Shown here in pieces: positions 29,896-38,744 of a stretch of 64,000 bases of DNA; position 1 is the first letter of the stretch; each line of letters begins with the position of its first letter. The notes beneath the pieces were generated by a model, which worked only from the letters and a program-made list of their open reading frames with translations, made no database searches and had not been told where the DNA came from. The DNA is from Alphaproteobacteria bacterium. GTDB taxonomy: Bacteria > Pseudomonadota > Alphaproteobacteria > Bin95. A program made the position numbers and the translations under genes. The stretch covers positions 950,981-1,014,980 of the forward strand of contig CAXXWS020000003.1 in assembly GCA_963665325.3 (NCBI GenBank), read 5' to 3'.

Positions 29896-30843
29896 CTACT
29901 CCGCCGCCAGATCCTTCTGGTCGTCCGCGTTGTAGTTGGCGTCGTACCACCAGGCGAGGTGGTCCTCGTAGATGACGGGGGGCCATCGGGGCGGGTTGTC
30001 GGGGCCGATGCAGGTGGGGGCGCAACAGATTTCGGCGTCGAGATTGGGGCCGAAGAAGTAGGGGATGGCGTAGCGGTGGCGGTCCAGCGGCGGCTGGGCG
30101 CGGTGCGGGGTGGACTGGTAGCGCCCGTTGGTCCAGCGGTGCAGCATGTCGCCCGTGTTGACGACGAAGCTGTCCTCGACGAAGGGCACATCTTCCCAGT
30201 CCCCGCCTTCCGGGCGGATCTGCAGGCCCGGCACGTCGGACTGGGCGAGGAAGGTCAGGAAATTAGTGTCGGTATGCGGCGCGATGCCGTAGCGGCCGGG
30301 TTCGCGCTCCGCCGGCGGGTAGTGCGAGAGCCGGAACGAGAACTGGCTGCGGGTGAAATGGGGGTCGAACCAGTCCTCCGGCAGGCCGAGAGAGAGCGAG
30401 AGCGCCGGCAGCACGCTCAGCGCCAGCCGGTCCACCGTCTCGCAATAGTCGAGCACCGTCTCGCGGAAGCCCGGCAGGGTCTCCGGCCAGCGGTTGGGCC
30501 CGGCGAAGCGCCGCCCCGCCAGCGGGTCGTCGGCCCCGCGCTCGCGCTTGATGAAGAAGGCCTCGTTCATGTCGGGCTTGGCTTCGGCCTCGCTTACGCG
30601 CGAGGTGCGCACATTGTAGCGGGCCATCGCCATGTAGCCGTTATTGTGCTCGTTCATCAGCACGGCATGCTTGGCAGTCTCGGGCTGGGCGTGGAAGCGC
30701 TCGGCCTCCGCGAACATGGCCCCTATCTTCTCCTGCGGCACGCCGTGGTTCACGACGATGAAGAAGCCGACATGCTCCAGCGTGGCGGCGAGAGCTTCCG
30801 CCACGTCTTCCCGGCTCCGGGAAAGGTCGATCAACGGGATCAT
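29896..30843 (-). CDS. 2OG-Fe(II) oxygenase (isopenicillin N synthase family)
   Basis: The start was set at MIPLIDLS (ATG 30843), 315 aa. GFFIVVNHG, HTDTNFLTFLAQ and RYQSTPHRA show the HxD...H...R facial triad pattern. Confidence 0.85.
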   Translation of the reverse strand: MIPLIDLSRSREDVAEALAATLEHVGFFIVVNHGVPQEKIGAMFAEAERFHAQPETAKHAVLMNEHNNGYMAMARYNVRTSRVSEAEAKPDMNEAFFIKRERGADDPLAGRRFAGPNRWPETLPGFRETVLDYCETVDRLALSVLPALSLSLGLPEDWFDPHFTRSQFSFRLSHYPPAEREPGRYGIAPHTDTNFLTFLAQSDVPGLQIRPEGGDWEDVPFVEDSFVVNTGDMLHRWTNGRYQSTPHRAQPPLDRHRYAIPYFFGPNLDAEICCAPTCIGPDNPPRWPPVIYEDHLAWWYDANYNADDQKDLAAE

Positions 30844-30866
30844 GGGCCTGTCTCCTTCCGTCGTCC

Positions 30867-31210
30867 TAGCCCGCATTTCTCACCAGGGTCACGGCCATCG
30901 TCGCTGTCCAGGCGTTCGCCCCGCAAGGAGTTGGGCCGAAAAGCGTAGCACAGCCTACGGTTGAGGCCCACGACGCCGCGCGCAACGCGGCAGTTTGTTT
31001 GGAGGGCGGCGTTTACGCCGCCGCGGGCGGGCGCCTGGGCGCGACCCGAAGGGCGGCGCTGTCGGGCCGGCAGGGTGCGTCCAGCCGCTTGCCCGATGCC
31101 CCGCTCCGTGCGCCCGCGCGCGTCAACGCACGATGCGCTGCGCGTCTCTCCTACCCTGCCGGCCCGACAGCGCCGCGCAGACCATGACCCTGGTGAGAAA
31201 TGCGGGCTAG
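30867..31210. mobile_element. MITE-like hairpin element, copy 2 (344 bp)
   Basis: It has the same termini as copy 1, here a perfect 26-bp terminal inverted repeat CTAGCCCGCATTTCTCACCAGGGTCA. The interior is the same module set with two extra inserts. It is in the same orientation as copy 1. Its right terminus supplies the amidase stop codon (CTA at 31207..31209). Confidence 0.8.
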
Positions 31211-32598
31211 CCGGCGACCACCGGCTCTACCGCCTCCAGCAGCCAGCGGGCGAAGCCGGTCATGCGAGCATCCGCGCCCTGCCCGCCCATCACCTGCGCC
31301 CCGACCGGCAGTCCGCCGACCGCCATCAGCGGCATGGAGACCGCCGGCGCGAACAGGATCGAGGCGGGCGTGTTGAACACCGCATTGCCCGTCGGCCGCG
31401 CCAGGGGCGGCTCGCCCGGCCGGTCGCCCGACCAGACATGCGCCGGGCCGGGACAGCTTAGCATGAGCGCGCCATCCACGGTTTCGAGCGCGCGGGCCCA
31501 CGCCGCCTGCGCCGCCTCGCGCCCGGCCAGCGCCGCGTGGTAGTCGGCGACGGTCATGGCCTCGGCGCGTTCCAGCGTGTCGCGGGCGCGGAAGCTGATC
31601 GCGTCCGGCCCCTGGTCCGCCAGCGAACGGTAAAGCCAACGGCCCTCCCAGCCGATGACGGCGTAACAGATCGCGGAGGCCCCCATGAGCTCGGCGTCGA
31701 GCGCCGCCAGCGTCGGGTCGTCCGCCGGACGCAGCACCGTCACGCCCGCCGCTTCCACGGCTTCCAGCAGGCGCCCGAACGCCTCCTTCGTGGCGTCGTC
31801 GATCATGGACCAGCCCGCGCCCTCGATGGCGAGGAGGCGGCGCGGTTTCTCCGGCGGCGGCGGGTCCGCCGGGCCGGCGAGGCCGCGATGGCCGGGGTCG
31901 CCACCGGCGCGCTTCGCGATCTCGGCCGCCATCCGCCACATGTCCTCGACGGCGTTGGCGTGGATGCCGTTGACGCTCTGGCTGCTGGCCTGGCGCTCGC
32001 CCCGGTTGATCGCGCCCTTGCTGGGCTTCAGGGCGATATTGCCGCAATAGCCCGCCGGGCGGACGATGGAGCCGCCGACCTGGCTGCCGATGGCCGCCGG
32101 CAGCATCCCCGCCGCCACAGCCGCCGCCGAGCCGGAGGAGGAGCCGCCGGGCGTGCGCGCCGGGTCGAACGGGTTGGTGGTCGGGCCTGGATGCGCCCCG
32201 CCGAGCTCCGAGGTCACGGTCTTGGCGAGCACGACCGCGCCGGCCTCGCGGAGTGCTGCGACCGCCGCATTGTCGCGCTTCGGGAAATTGCCCCGAAAGG
32301 CTTCGCAGCCCATCTCCGTCGGCATGGTCCGCGTTTCCAGCAGGTCCTTGATGCCGACCGGCATCCCGTCGATGGGCGAGAGCGGCCGGCCCGCCCGCCA
32401 ACGGTCGGCGCTGGCGTCCGCCGCCTGCCGCGAACCCTCGATATCGGTCGCAACGAGCGCCCGCAAGACCGGCTCCCGCGCCTCGATAACCTCGAGGCAA
32501 CGCTCCAGGTAAGCGCGCGGCGTGTCGCTGCCCTCACGGAAGGCTGGCAGCGCATCGTGGAAGGTGAGGCTCCGGAAAGTCCTGGGATCGTATCGCAT
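31207..32598 (-). CDS. amidase (amidase-signature family)
   Basis: 463 aa, with the AS signature GGSSSGSAAAVAAGMLPAAIGSQVGGSIVRPA. Confidence 0.9.
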   Translation of the reverse strand: MRYDPRTFRSLTFHDALPAFREGSDTPRAYLERCLEVIEAREPVLRALVATDIEGSRQAADASADRWRAGRPLSPIDGMPVGIKDLLETRTMPTEMGCEAFRGNFPKRDNAAVAALREAGAVVLAKTVTSELGGAHPGPTTNPFDPARTPGGSSSGSAAAVAAGMLPAAIGSQVGGSIVRPAGYCGNIALKPSKGAINRGERQASSQSVNGIHANAVEDMWRMAAEIAKRAGGDPGHRGLAGPADPPPPEKPRRLLAIEGAGWSMIDDATKEAFGRLLEAVEAAGVTVLRPADDPTLAALDAELMGASAICYAVIGWEGRWLYRSLADQGPDAISFRARDTLERAEAMTVADYHAALAGREAAQAAWARALETVDGALMLSCPGPAHVWSGDRPGEPPLARPTGNAVFNTPASILFAPAVSMPLMAVGGLPVGAQVMGGQGADARMTGFARWLLEAVEPVVAG

Positions 32599-32748
32599 GG
32601 CGCGAGCCTAGCCCGGTTGTCTCTCCGTTGTCATGTCTTGCGCCTTCGGCATGCCGCATGTAGCCGCAGTATATTCTTTACCACTTGGCCTAAAGTAAAG
32701 AATCGAATAAAGTCCTCCCGGAGCAGCCATGAGAGGAAACTCAACGCC

Positions 32749-32976
32749 ATGCCCCGCGTGAGCGCGAAACGCCAGATTACGCTACCTGTCGATCAATGCA
32801 GGGAAGTCGGGATCGGGCCGGGTGACGAGTACCGCAGCTATGTCGCCGACGGACGCATCACCATCGTGCGGAAATCCTCCGGCGCGGCCAGAGGAATCCT
32901 GCGGCATATAGCCGGCGATCCCACCGTCAGCGACGAGGAGTCCCTGGAGGACGCGCTTGACGAGTCGGTGTCTTGA
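32749..32976 (+). CDS. AbrB/SpoVT family antitoxin (VapB-like)
   Basis: ATG at 32749, 75 aa: MPRVSAKRQITLPVDQCREVGIGPGDEYRSYVADGRITIV. These are the last 75 codons of a 479-aa track ORF that is otherwise antisense to the amidase. Confidence 0.75.
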   Translation: MPRVSAKRQITLPVDQCREVGIGPGDEYRSYVADGRITIVRKSSGAARGILRHIAGDPTVSDEESLEDALDESVS

Positions 32977-33407
32977 TTGCGGTCGATACCAACGTCCTGC
33001 TCCGCTATCTGCTGTATGACGACGAGGCTCAGGCGGCGCGCGCAGACGCCCTCTTCGACGATGGCGAGGCAGTCCTGATTACGGATGTCGTGCTCGCAGA
33101 AACCGTGTGGACGCTCTCCGGCCCCAAATACCGGCTGGGCAGGGCTGAGTTAGCGGTCGTCCTCGAACGGCTGTTCGGCGAGCCGAATATCCGCTTCGAG
33201 GACGACCAAGTCGTGTGGCGCGCCCTGCAAGCCTGGAAAAACGCACCGCCGACGGCCGAAGCCGGGCGATCGAAGCGCGCCGGGTTCGCCGATGCCCTGA
33301 TCGTGTTCAAGGCGGTGCAGGCTGCCTCGGACGCCAGCGAGGCGATGAAAGGCGTCTACACCTTCGACGAGGCCATGCAAAACCTGCCCCACACCGCGCC
33401 GCCCTGA
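32973..33407 (+). CDS. PIN domain ribonuclease, VapC-like toxin
   Basis: 144 aa: (TTG)IAVDTNVLLRYLLYDDEAQAARADALF... It belongs to the same PIN subfamily as 29120..29506. The TTG start overlaps the antitoxin stop (TTGA). Confidence 0.8.
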   Translation: MIAVDTNVLLRYLLYDDEAQAARADALFDDGEAVLITDVVLAETVWTLSGPKYRLGRAELAVVLERLFGEPNIRFEDDQVVWRALQAWKNAPPTAEAGRSKRAGFADALIVFKAVQAASDASEAMKGVYTFDEAMQNLPHTAPP

Positions 33408-33555
33408 CGGCAGCCGGACGAAGGACGTCGTCCGGGGCGAGCGTCTTCGTCTTCCCGCTGCCGCATGGCGCGCCGACCCCTTTATCGCGGATACCCATGC
33501 CGCTAGGGTTCCGCCTCATTCGGCGCGTCGCACCCTTCCGGATGGAGGACACGCC

Positions 33556-34722
33556 ATGCCGCGTTTCTGGACGGCCTGCCTTGCGCTCCTTCTGGCCCCG
33601 CTCGCTGCGGCCGACGCAAAGGAGCTGAAGCCGAAGCTCGGCGATATCGGCGGGGCCTTCTATGCCGAGGTGTCGGAGAGCCGCGACGTCTGCCGGAGCG
33701 CAGTCGAGGGCAGGGTCGTCCTCTGCGGCCTGAACACGAAATTCGAAGACGATGCGGAAAACCGCGAACATGCCCGCTGCCTGCCGGTCTTCGAATGGCA
33801 GGCCGAGAGTTGCGCCGCGCACTTCCGCCGTGAGGCCCGCAAGTGCGACGGCACCGGCCCGGCGCGCATCGAGGGCTTCACCCGCTTCGGCTGCACGGTG
33901 GCGGCGGAGGCCGGGGAGGAAAGCGGCGAGCCTGCCGTGGCGCCGGTCGACCGGGCGATGCAGGCGCGAATGCGGACCGGTATCCGCAGCGGGCCCGGAC
34001 CCGGCCATGCCAGGATCGGGGTGCTGGAAGCGGGCCGGGAGGTGCGGGTCACGGGCGAAGCCGGGGCGTGGCTCAGGATCGAGGCGCCGGACGGCGGCGC
34101 GGCCTTCGTTCACGCCTCGCGGCTCGTCCCGCCCGCTCCCCGGGACCCGGCCGCCGACCTCGCGCCGAAATGTGTGGCCATGAGCCCGGGCGCCGCTTGC
34201 TGGCAGGAACTGGCCGACCGGAAGAGCTGCCGCTTCTGGTACGACTACTACAATCCCGGGGTAAGCTGGACCTGGTCGGGCCTGTGCCGGGCCGGCGTTA
34301 CCGACGGGCGGGGCGTGCTGGCGGCAACCTGGGCCGGCGGGTCCGCAGAGCTCTTCGGCGCGTTCGACGGCGGCAGGATGCAGGGCCTGTGGATCGCCCG
34401 CTACGCCGGCGGCAGGCTCGAACAGGGCCATTACGTGAACGGCAGCAGGCACGGCCGATGGGTGGACCGCTATGCAAGCGGCAGGGTCGGCAAAGGCTCC
34501 TATGCGAACGGAAGGAAGCACGGCCGGTGGGTGGACCGCTACGCCAGCGGCAACAGCCTCGAATACGAGTACCGGGACGGCTCGTTGGACGGGCAGCCGG
34601 GGGTCTATATCACCGGGGACGGAGAACGCCACCCGGGGCGCTGGTCCGGCAATTGCTTCCTGGACGGCCAGGGCCGGCTGCTGATTTGGCGCGGCGACAG
34701 GGAGACATGCCCGCCCGGATAG
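33556..34722 (+). CDS. secreted SH3b-like plus MORN-repeat protein
   Basis: 388 aa with signal peptide MPRFWTACLALLLAPLAAADA. The central region RMRTGIRSGPGPGHARIGVLEAGREVRVTGEAGAWLRIE is SH3b-like. The C-terminus has repeated G.Y.NG.RHGRWVDRYASG units (MORN-type). Confidence 0.7.
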   Translation: MPRFWTACLALLLAPLAAADAKELKPKLGDIGGAFYAEVSESRDVCRSAVEGRVVLCGLNTKFEDDAENREHARCLPVFEWQAESCAAHFRREARKCDGTGPARIEGFTRFGCTVAAEAGEESGEPAVAPVDRAMQARMRTGIRSGPGPGHARIGVLEAGREVRVTGEAGAWLRIEAPDGGAAFVHASRLVPPAPRDPAADLAPKCVAMSPGAACWQELADRKSCRFWYDYYNPGVSWTWSGLCRAGVTDGRGVLAATWAGGSAELFGAFDGGRMQGLWIARYAGGRLEQGHYVNGSRHGRWVDRYASGRVGKGSYANGRKHGRWVDRYASGNSLEYEYRDGSLDGQPGVYITGDGERHPGRWSGNCFLDGQGRLLIWRGDRETCPPG

Positions 34723-34828
34723 TGGAGGACAACAAACCTTGCCCCCGCTTGCGAGCCCGGAGGCCACGCCTTGATTGGCAGGGACGGAAATGCCATGCCT
34801 TGCGGCAGTGCAAGCAGCGGGTGGCGGG

Positions 34829-36136
34829 ATGGCGGAATATCTGAAACGGGGCCGCACGGCGGCCGAGCGCGCGGAGGCGGATGCGAAGGTGCGCGCGGCC
34901 GTCGAGGGGATACTCGACGACATCGGCGCCCGCGGCGACGAGGCGGTCCGCGCGCTCTCGGAGAAGTTCGACAACTGGTCGCCGGAAAGCTTCAGGCTGT
35001 CGGAGCAGGAGATCGAGCGGGCGCTCTCGCAGGTGGCGAAGCGCGACCTCGACGATATCCGCTTCGCTCAAGCCCAGGTGCGCGGCTTCGCGGAGCACCA
35101 GCGCGCCGCGCTCCGGGACATAGAGGTCGAGACCTTGCCAGGCGTCGTGCTCGGGCACAGGAACATCCCGGTGAACTCGGTCGGCTGCTATGCGCCCGGC
35201 GGCAAATATCCCATCGTCGCCTCCGTGCATATGAGCGTCGTCACCGCCAAGGCCGCGGGCGTGCCGCGCATCGTGGCGGCGGCCCCGCCAGCAGCGGACG
35301 GGCCGCACGCGGCCATGGTCGCCGCAATGCATATGGGCGGGGCGGACGAAATCCTGGTGCTGGGCGGCGTGCAGGCGGTAGGCGCGATGGCGCTCGGCAC
35401 GGAGACAATCTCGCCGGTGGACATGCTGGTCGGCCCCGGCAACGCTTTCGTCGCCGAGGCCAAGCGCCAGCTCTTCGGGCGCGTCGGCATCGACCTGCTG
35501 GCAGGCCCGACGGAGACGCTGCTGATCGTCGACGAGACGGTGGACGCCGAACTCTGCGCCACTGACCTGCTGGGCCAGGCCGAACACGGGCCCGACAGCC
35601 CGGCCATTCTGGTGACGAACTCGCGCGCGCTGGCCGAAGCCACCATGGCCGAGGTCGAGCGGCTGCTGACGATCCTGCCGACCGCTGCCAATGCGGGCGC
35701 CGCATGGCGCGACTATGGCGAAGTGATCCTCTGCGCCGGCCATGACGAGATGCTGGCCGAGGCGGAGCGCATCGCGTCGGAGCATGTGCAGGTGATGACC
35801 GACCGGGACGAGTGGTATCTGGAGAACATGACCAGCTACGGCGCGCTGTTCCTCGGGTTCCGCACCAATGTCTCCTATGGCGACAAGGTCATCGGGACCA
35901 ACCACACGCTGCCGACCCGCCGCGCAGCGCGCTACACGGGCGGCCTCTGGGTCGGCAAGTTCATCAAGACGCACACCTACCAGCGCATCCTGACGGACGA
36001 GGCTTCCGCCCGGCTCGGCGAGGTCTGCTCGCGGCTCTGCATGCTGGAGGGCTTCGTCGGCCATGCCGAGCAGGCCAATATCCGCGTGCGCCGCCTCGGC
36101 GGCCGCAACATCCCCTACGGCGCGGCGGCGGAATGA
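34829..36136 (+). CDS. histidinol dehydrogenase family protein (HisD paralog, HpsN-like)
   Basis: The start was set at MAEYLKRG (ATG 34829), 435 aa. [46 protein letters not shown] and GQAEHGPDS match HisD family motifs. Confidence 0.85.
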   Translation: MAEYLKRGRTAAERAEADAKVRAAVEGILDDIGARGDEAVRALSEKFDNWSPESFRLSEQEIERALSQVAKRDLDDIRFAQAQVRGFAEHQRAALRDIEVETLPGVVLGHRNIPVNSVGCYAPGGKYPIVASVHMSVVTAKAAGVPRIVAAAPPAADGPHAAMVAAMHMGGADEILVLGGVQAVGAMALGTETISPVDMLVGPGNAFVAEAKRQLFGRVGIDLLAGPTETLLIVDETVDAELCATDLLGQAEHGPDSPAILVTNSRALAEATMAEVERLLTILPTAANAGAAWRDYGEVILCAGHDEMLAEAERIASEHVQVMTDRDEWYLENMTSYGALFLGFRTNVSYGDKVIGTNHTLPTRRAARYTGGLWVGKFIKTHTYQRILTDEASARLGEVCSRLCMLEGFVGHAEQANIRVRRLGGRNIPYGAAAE

Positions 36137-37197
36137 CGGCCCTGCCCGCCGGCGCGATCGATTGCGACCTGCATCCGGCGCCGCCCTCTGTCTCGGCGCT
36201 AATGCCCTATCTGGAGCCGCACTGGGCGGATGCGGCAGGGCATCGGGGGCTGCACGAGCTGGAGACCATCGCCTGGCCGCCCAATGCGCCGCTCTCCTGC
36301 CGGCCGGACTGGCGGGACGGGGAGGCGAAGCCCGGCAGCAATCCTGCACGCCTTGTTCGGGACGCGGTGGACGGCTTCGGTACCCGCTTCGCCATCCTCA
36401 ACTGCCTCTACGGCGCGCCGATGCTCTATTCCGAGGACATGGCTGCCGGCTTCTGCCGCGCGCTGAACGACTGGCTGAAGGCGGAATGGCTGGACCGCGA
36501 CCCGCGCCTGCGCGCCTCCATCCTCGTGCCGCCCCACGCGCCGGACCTTGCGGCAGAGGAAATCGAGCGCATGGCGGAAGACCGGCGCTTCGTGCAGGTG
36601 CTGCTGCCCGTCATGGGCGAGACGCCGCCCGGCCGGCGGGTCAACTGGCCGGTCTATGCCGCGGCCGAGCGGGCGGGCCTGCCGGTCGCCTTCCATGCCG
36701 GCTCCGCCTACCGCCACCCGCCGACGCCGGTCGGCTGGCCCTCCTATCTCGCCGAGGACTACGCCTCGCAGGCGACCGCCTTCCAGTCCGCGCTCACCAG
36801 CCTCATAACCGAGGGCGTGTTCCGGAAGTTCCCGGAGCTGACCGTCGTGTTCGCGGAATCGGGCGTCGCCTGGCTGCCGGCGCATCTCTGGCGGCTCACC
36901 AAATACTGGCGGGGCCTGCGCATGGAGATTCCGTGGGTGGACCGGAGCCCGGAGGAGATCGTGCGCGAGCGCGTGCGCCTGACCGTCCAGCCTTTCGACG
37001 CGCCGGAGGAGGCGGTGGCCCGCCTGCTCGAGCATCTGGGTTCCGACGACATGCTCCTGTTCGCCACCGACTACCCGCACTGGCAGTTCGACGGCATGGG
37101 CGCCCTGCCCGAAGGCTTGCCAGCCGAGCTGGTTCAGCGTATCGCAGTGGATAATCCGCTCGCTGTCTATACGCGCCTTGGGGAGGGAGAACCATGA
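36133..37197 (+). CDS. amidohydrolase 2 (ACMSD/metal-dependent decarboxylase-hydrolase) family protein, copy 1
   Basis: ATG at 36133 overlaps the HisD-like stop (ATGA). IDCDLH at the N-terminus and [13 protein letters not shown] at the C-terminus are characteristic of PF04909-type TIM-barrel hydrolases. Confidence 0.8.
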   Translation: MTALPAGAIDCDLHPAPPSVSALMPYLEPHWADAAGHRGLHELETIAWPPNAPLSCRPDWRDGEAKPGSNPARLVRDAVDGFGTRFAILNCLYGAPMLYSEDMAAGFCRALNDWLKAEWLDRDPRLRASILVPPHAPDLAAEEIERMAEDRRFVQVLLPVMGETPPGRRVNWPVYAAAERAGLPVAFHAGSAYRHPPTPVGWPSYLAEDYASQATAFQSALTSLITEGVFRKFPELTVVFAESGVAWLPAHLWRLTKYWRGLRMEIPWVDRSPEEIVRERVRLTVQPFDAPEEAVARLLEHLGSDDMLLFATDYPHWQFDGMGALPEGLPAELVQRIAVDNPLAVYTRLGEGEP

Positions 37198-38312
37198 CGG
37201 CAAAGGTCCTGGAACGCCCGTCGGGGGAGGCGCCGGCCGAAGCCGCGCTCCGGATCGCCGACTGCGACATCCATCCGAGCCCGAAATCGCTCGAGCGCGA
37301 GATCTACCCCTTCCTGGAGAAGCGCTGGCAGCGCCATCTGGAGCGCTACGGCGCGCGGCCCCGCCAGCCTTTCCTCAACGGCCCGGCCTATCCGAAGGGC
37401 CAGCCCGACGCCGCCCGGCGCGACGCCTATCCGCCCGCCGGCGGCCGCCCCGGCAGCGACCTTGCTTTCATGCGCGAGCAGCATCTCGACCCGCACGATA
37501 TCGGCTTCGGCGTGCTGAACCCGCTCAAGTCCGGCCAGGGCCTGCAGAACCTCGATTTCGCCGATGCCTATTGCCGCGCGATCAACGACTGGCAGATCGC
37601 GTTGTGGACCCGGGAGGAACCCCGGCTCAAGGCCTCCATCGTGGTCCCCTACGAGGATGCGGCCGCGTCGGTCAGCGAGATCGAACGCTGCGCCGGCGAG
37701 GAGGACTATGTCCAGGTCTTCATGTTGAACCGCACGGCCGAGCCGATGGGCCAGCGCCGCTACTGGCCGATCTACGACGCCACGGCCGCGGCCGGGCTCC
37801 CCCTGGCAGTCCATGCCTTCGGCTTCGGCGGCGCGCCGATCAGCGGCAGCGGCTGGCCCTCCTACTATATCGAGGACATGACCGGCCACGCCCAGTCCAG
37901 CCAGGCGGTGCTGACCAGCATGATCTTCGAGGGCGTGTTCGACCGGCTGCCAGACCTCAGGATGGTGCTGATCGAGAGCGGCTTCGCCTGGCTGCCGGCG
38001 CTTTGCTGGCGGCTCGACCGGGTGTGGATGCGGATGCGGGACGAGCTCCACCGCTGCAAGCGCCGGCCGAGCGAGATCGTGCGCGAGCAGGTGTTCCTCA
38101 CCACCCAGCCGATGGAGGAGCCGCGCAACCCCCGCCAGCTCGTCGAGTGCATCGATTGGATCGGCTGGGACAGGCTCCTGTTCGCGACCGACTACCCGCA
38201 CTGGGACTTCGACCGGCCGGACCGGGTGCTGCCGTCCTGGGTGGACGCGGAAAAGCGCCGGGCTTTCTTCACGGACAACGCGCTCAGGGTGTACGGCCGG
38301 CAGATGCCGTGA
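37194..38312 (+). CDS. amidohydrolase 2 family protein, copy 2
   Basis: 372 aa. It has IADCDIHP and [13 protein letters not shown]. Its ATG overlaps the previous stop (ATGA). Confidence 0.8.
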   Translation: MTAKVLERPSGEAPAEAALRIADCDIHPSPKSLEREIYPFLEKRWQRHLERYGARPRQPFLNGPAYPKGQPDAARRDAYPPAGGRPGSDLAFMREQHLDPHDIGFGVLNPLKSGQGLQNLDFADAYCRAINDWQIALWTREEPRLKASIVVPYEDAAASVSEIERCAGEEDYVQVFMLNRTAEPMGQRRYWPIYDATAAAGLPLAVHAFGFGGAPISGSGWPSYYIEDMTGHAQSSQAVLTSMIFEGVFDRLPDLRMVLIESGFAWLPALCWRLDRVWMRMRDELHRCKRRPSEIVREQVFLTTQPMEEPRNPRQLVECIDWIGWDRLLFATDYPHWDFDRPDRVLPSWVDAEKRRAFFTDNALRVYGRQMP

Positions 38313-38707
38313 CCCGCCATGTTGTCGGTCCCGTCGCCGGGTTCCCGCCGGGCACGCGCCGCTGCGTCGTGCTGGAGGGGCGGCGGATCGCGCTGTTCAA
38401 TGTCGGCGGGCGCTATTTCGGCCTGCTGGACCGCTGCCCGCACCAGGGCGGCCCGCTCTCCGAAGGGGTGCTGACCGGCCTCGTCGAGGCGGGCGCGCCC
38501 GGCGACTACAGCTTCTCGCGACCGGGCGAAATCCTGCGCTGCCCCTGGCACGGTTGGGAGTTCGACCTCGCCACCGGCGAAAGCCGCTTCGACCCCCGCC
38601 GCCACCGAACCCGCGCCTACCGCGTCACCGCCGCCCCGGGCGAGGAGCTCAAGGCCGAAACCGTGCCGGTCCGCATCGAGGAGGACTACGTGGTCGTGGA
38701 GACGTGA
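38309..38707 (+). CDS. Rieske (2Fe-2S) domain protein
   Basis: The GTG at 38309 overlaps the previous stop (GTGA). CPHQGGPL...CPWHGWEF is the Rieske CxH...CxxH motif. 132 aa. Confidence 0.8.
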   Translation: MTRHVVGPVAGFPPGTRRCVVLEGRRIALFNVGGRYFGLLDRCPHQGGPLSEGVLTGLVEAGAPGDYSFSRPGEILRCPWHGWEFDLATGESRFDPRRHRTRAYRVTAAPGEELKAETVPVRIEEDYVVVET

Positions 38708-38744
38708 GGCGGGGCGGCCGTAATCCTCGAACCTGCCGACTGCC

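Noticed and set aside
31537-32748. Upstream 404 codons of the 479-aa plus-strand ORF 31537..32976
   Set aside because: This part is antisense to the amidase gene and low-complexity. Only the final 75 codons (ATG 32749) form a recognisable AbrB/SpoVT antitoxin with its own start.
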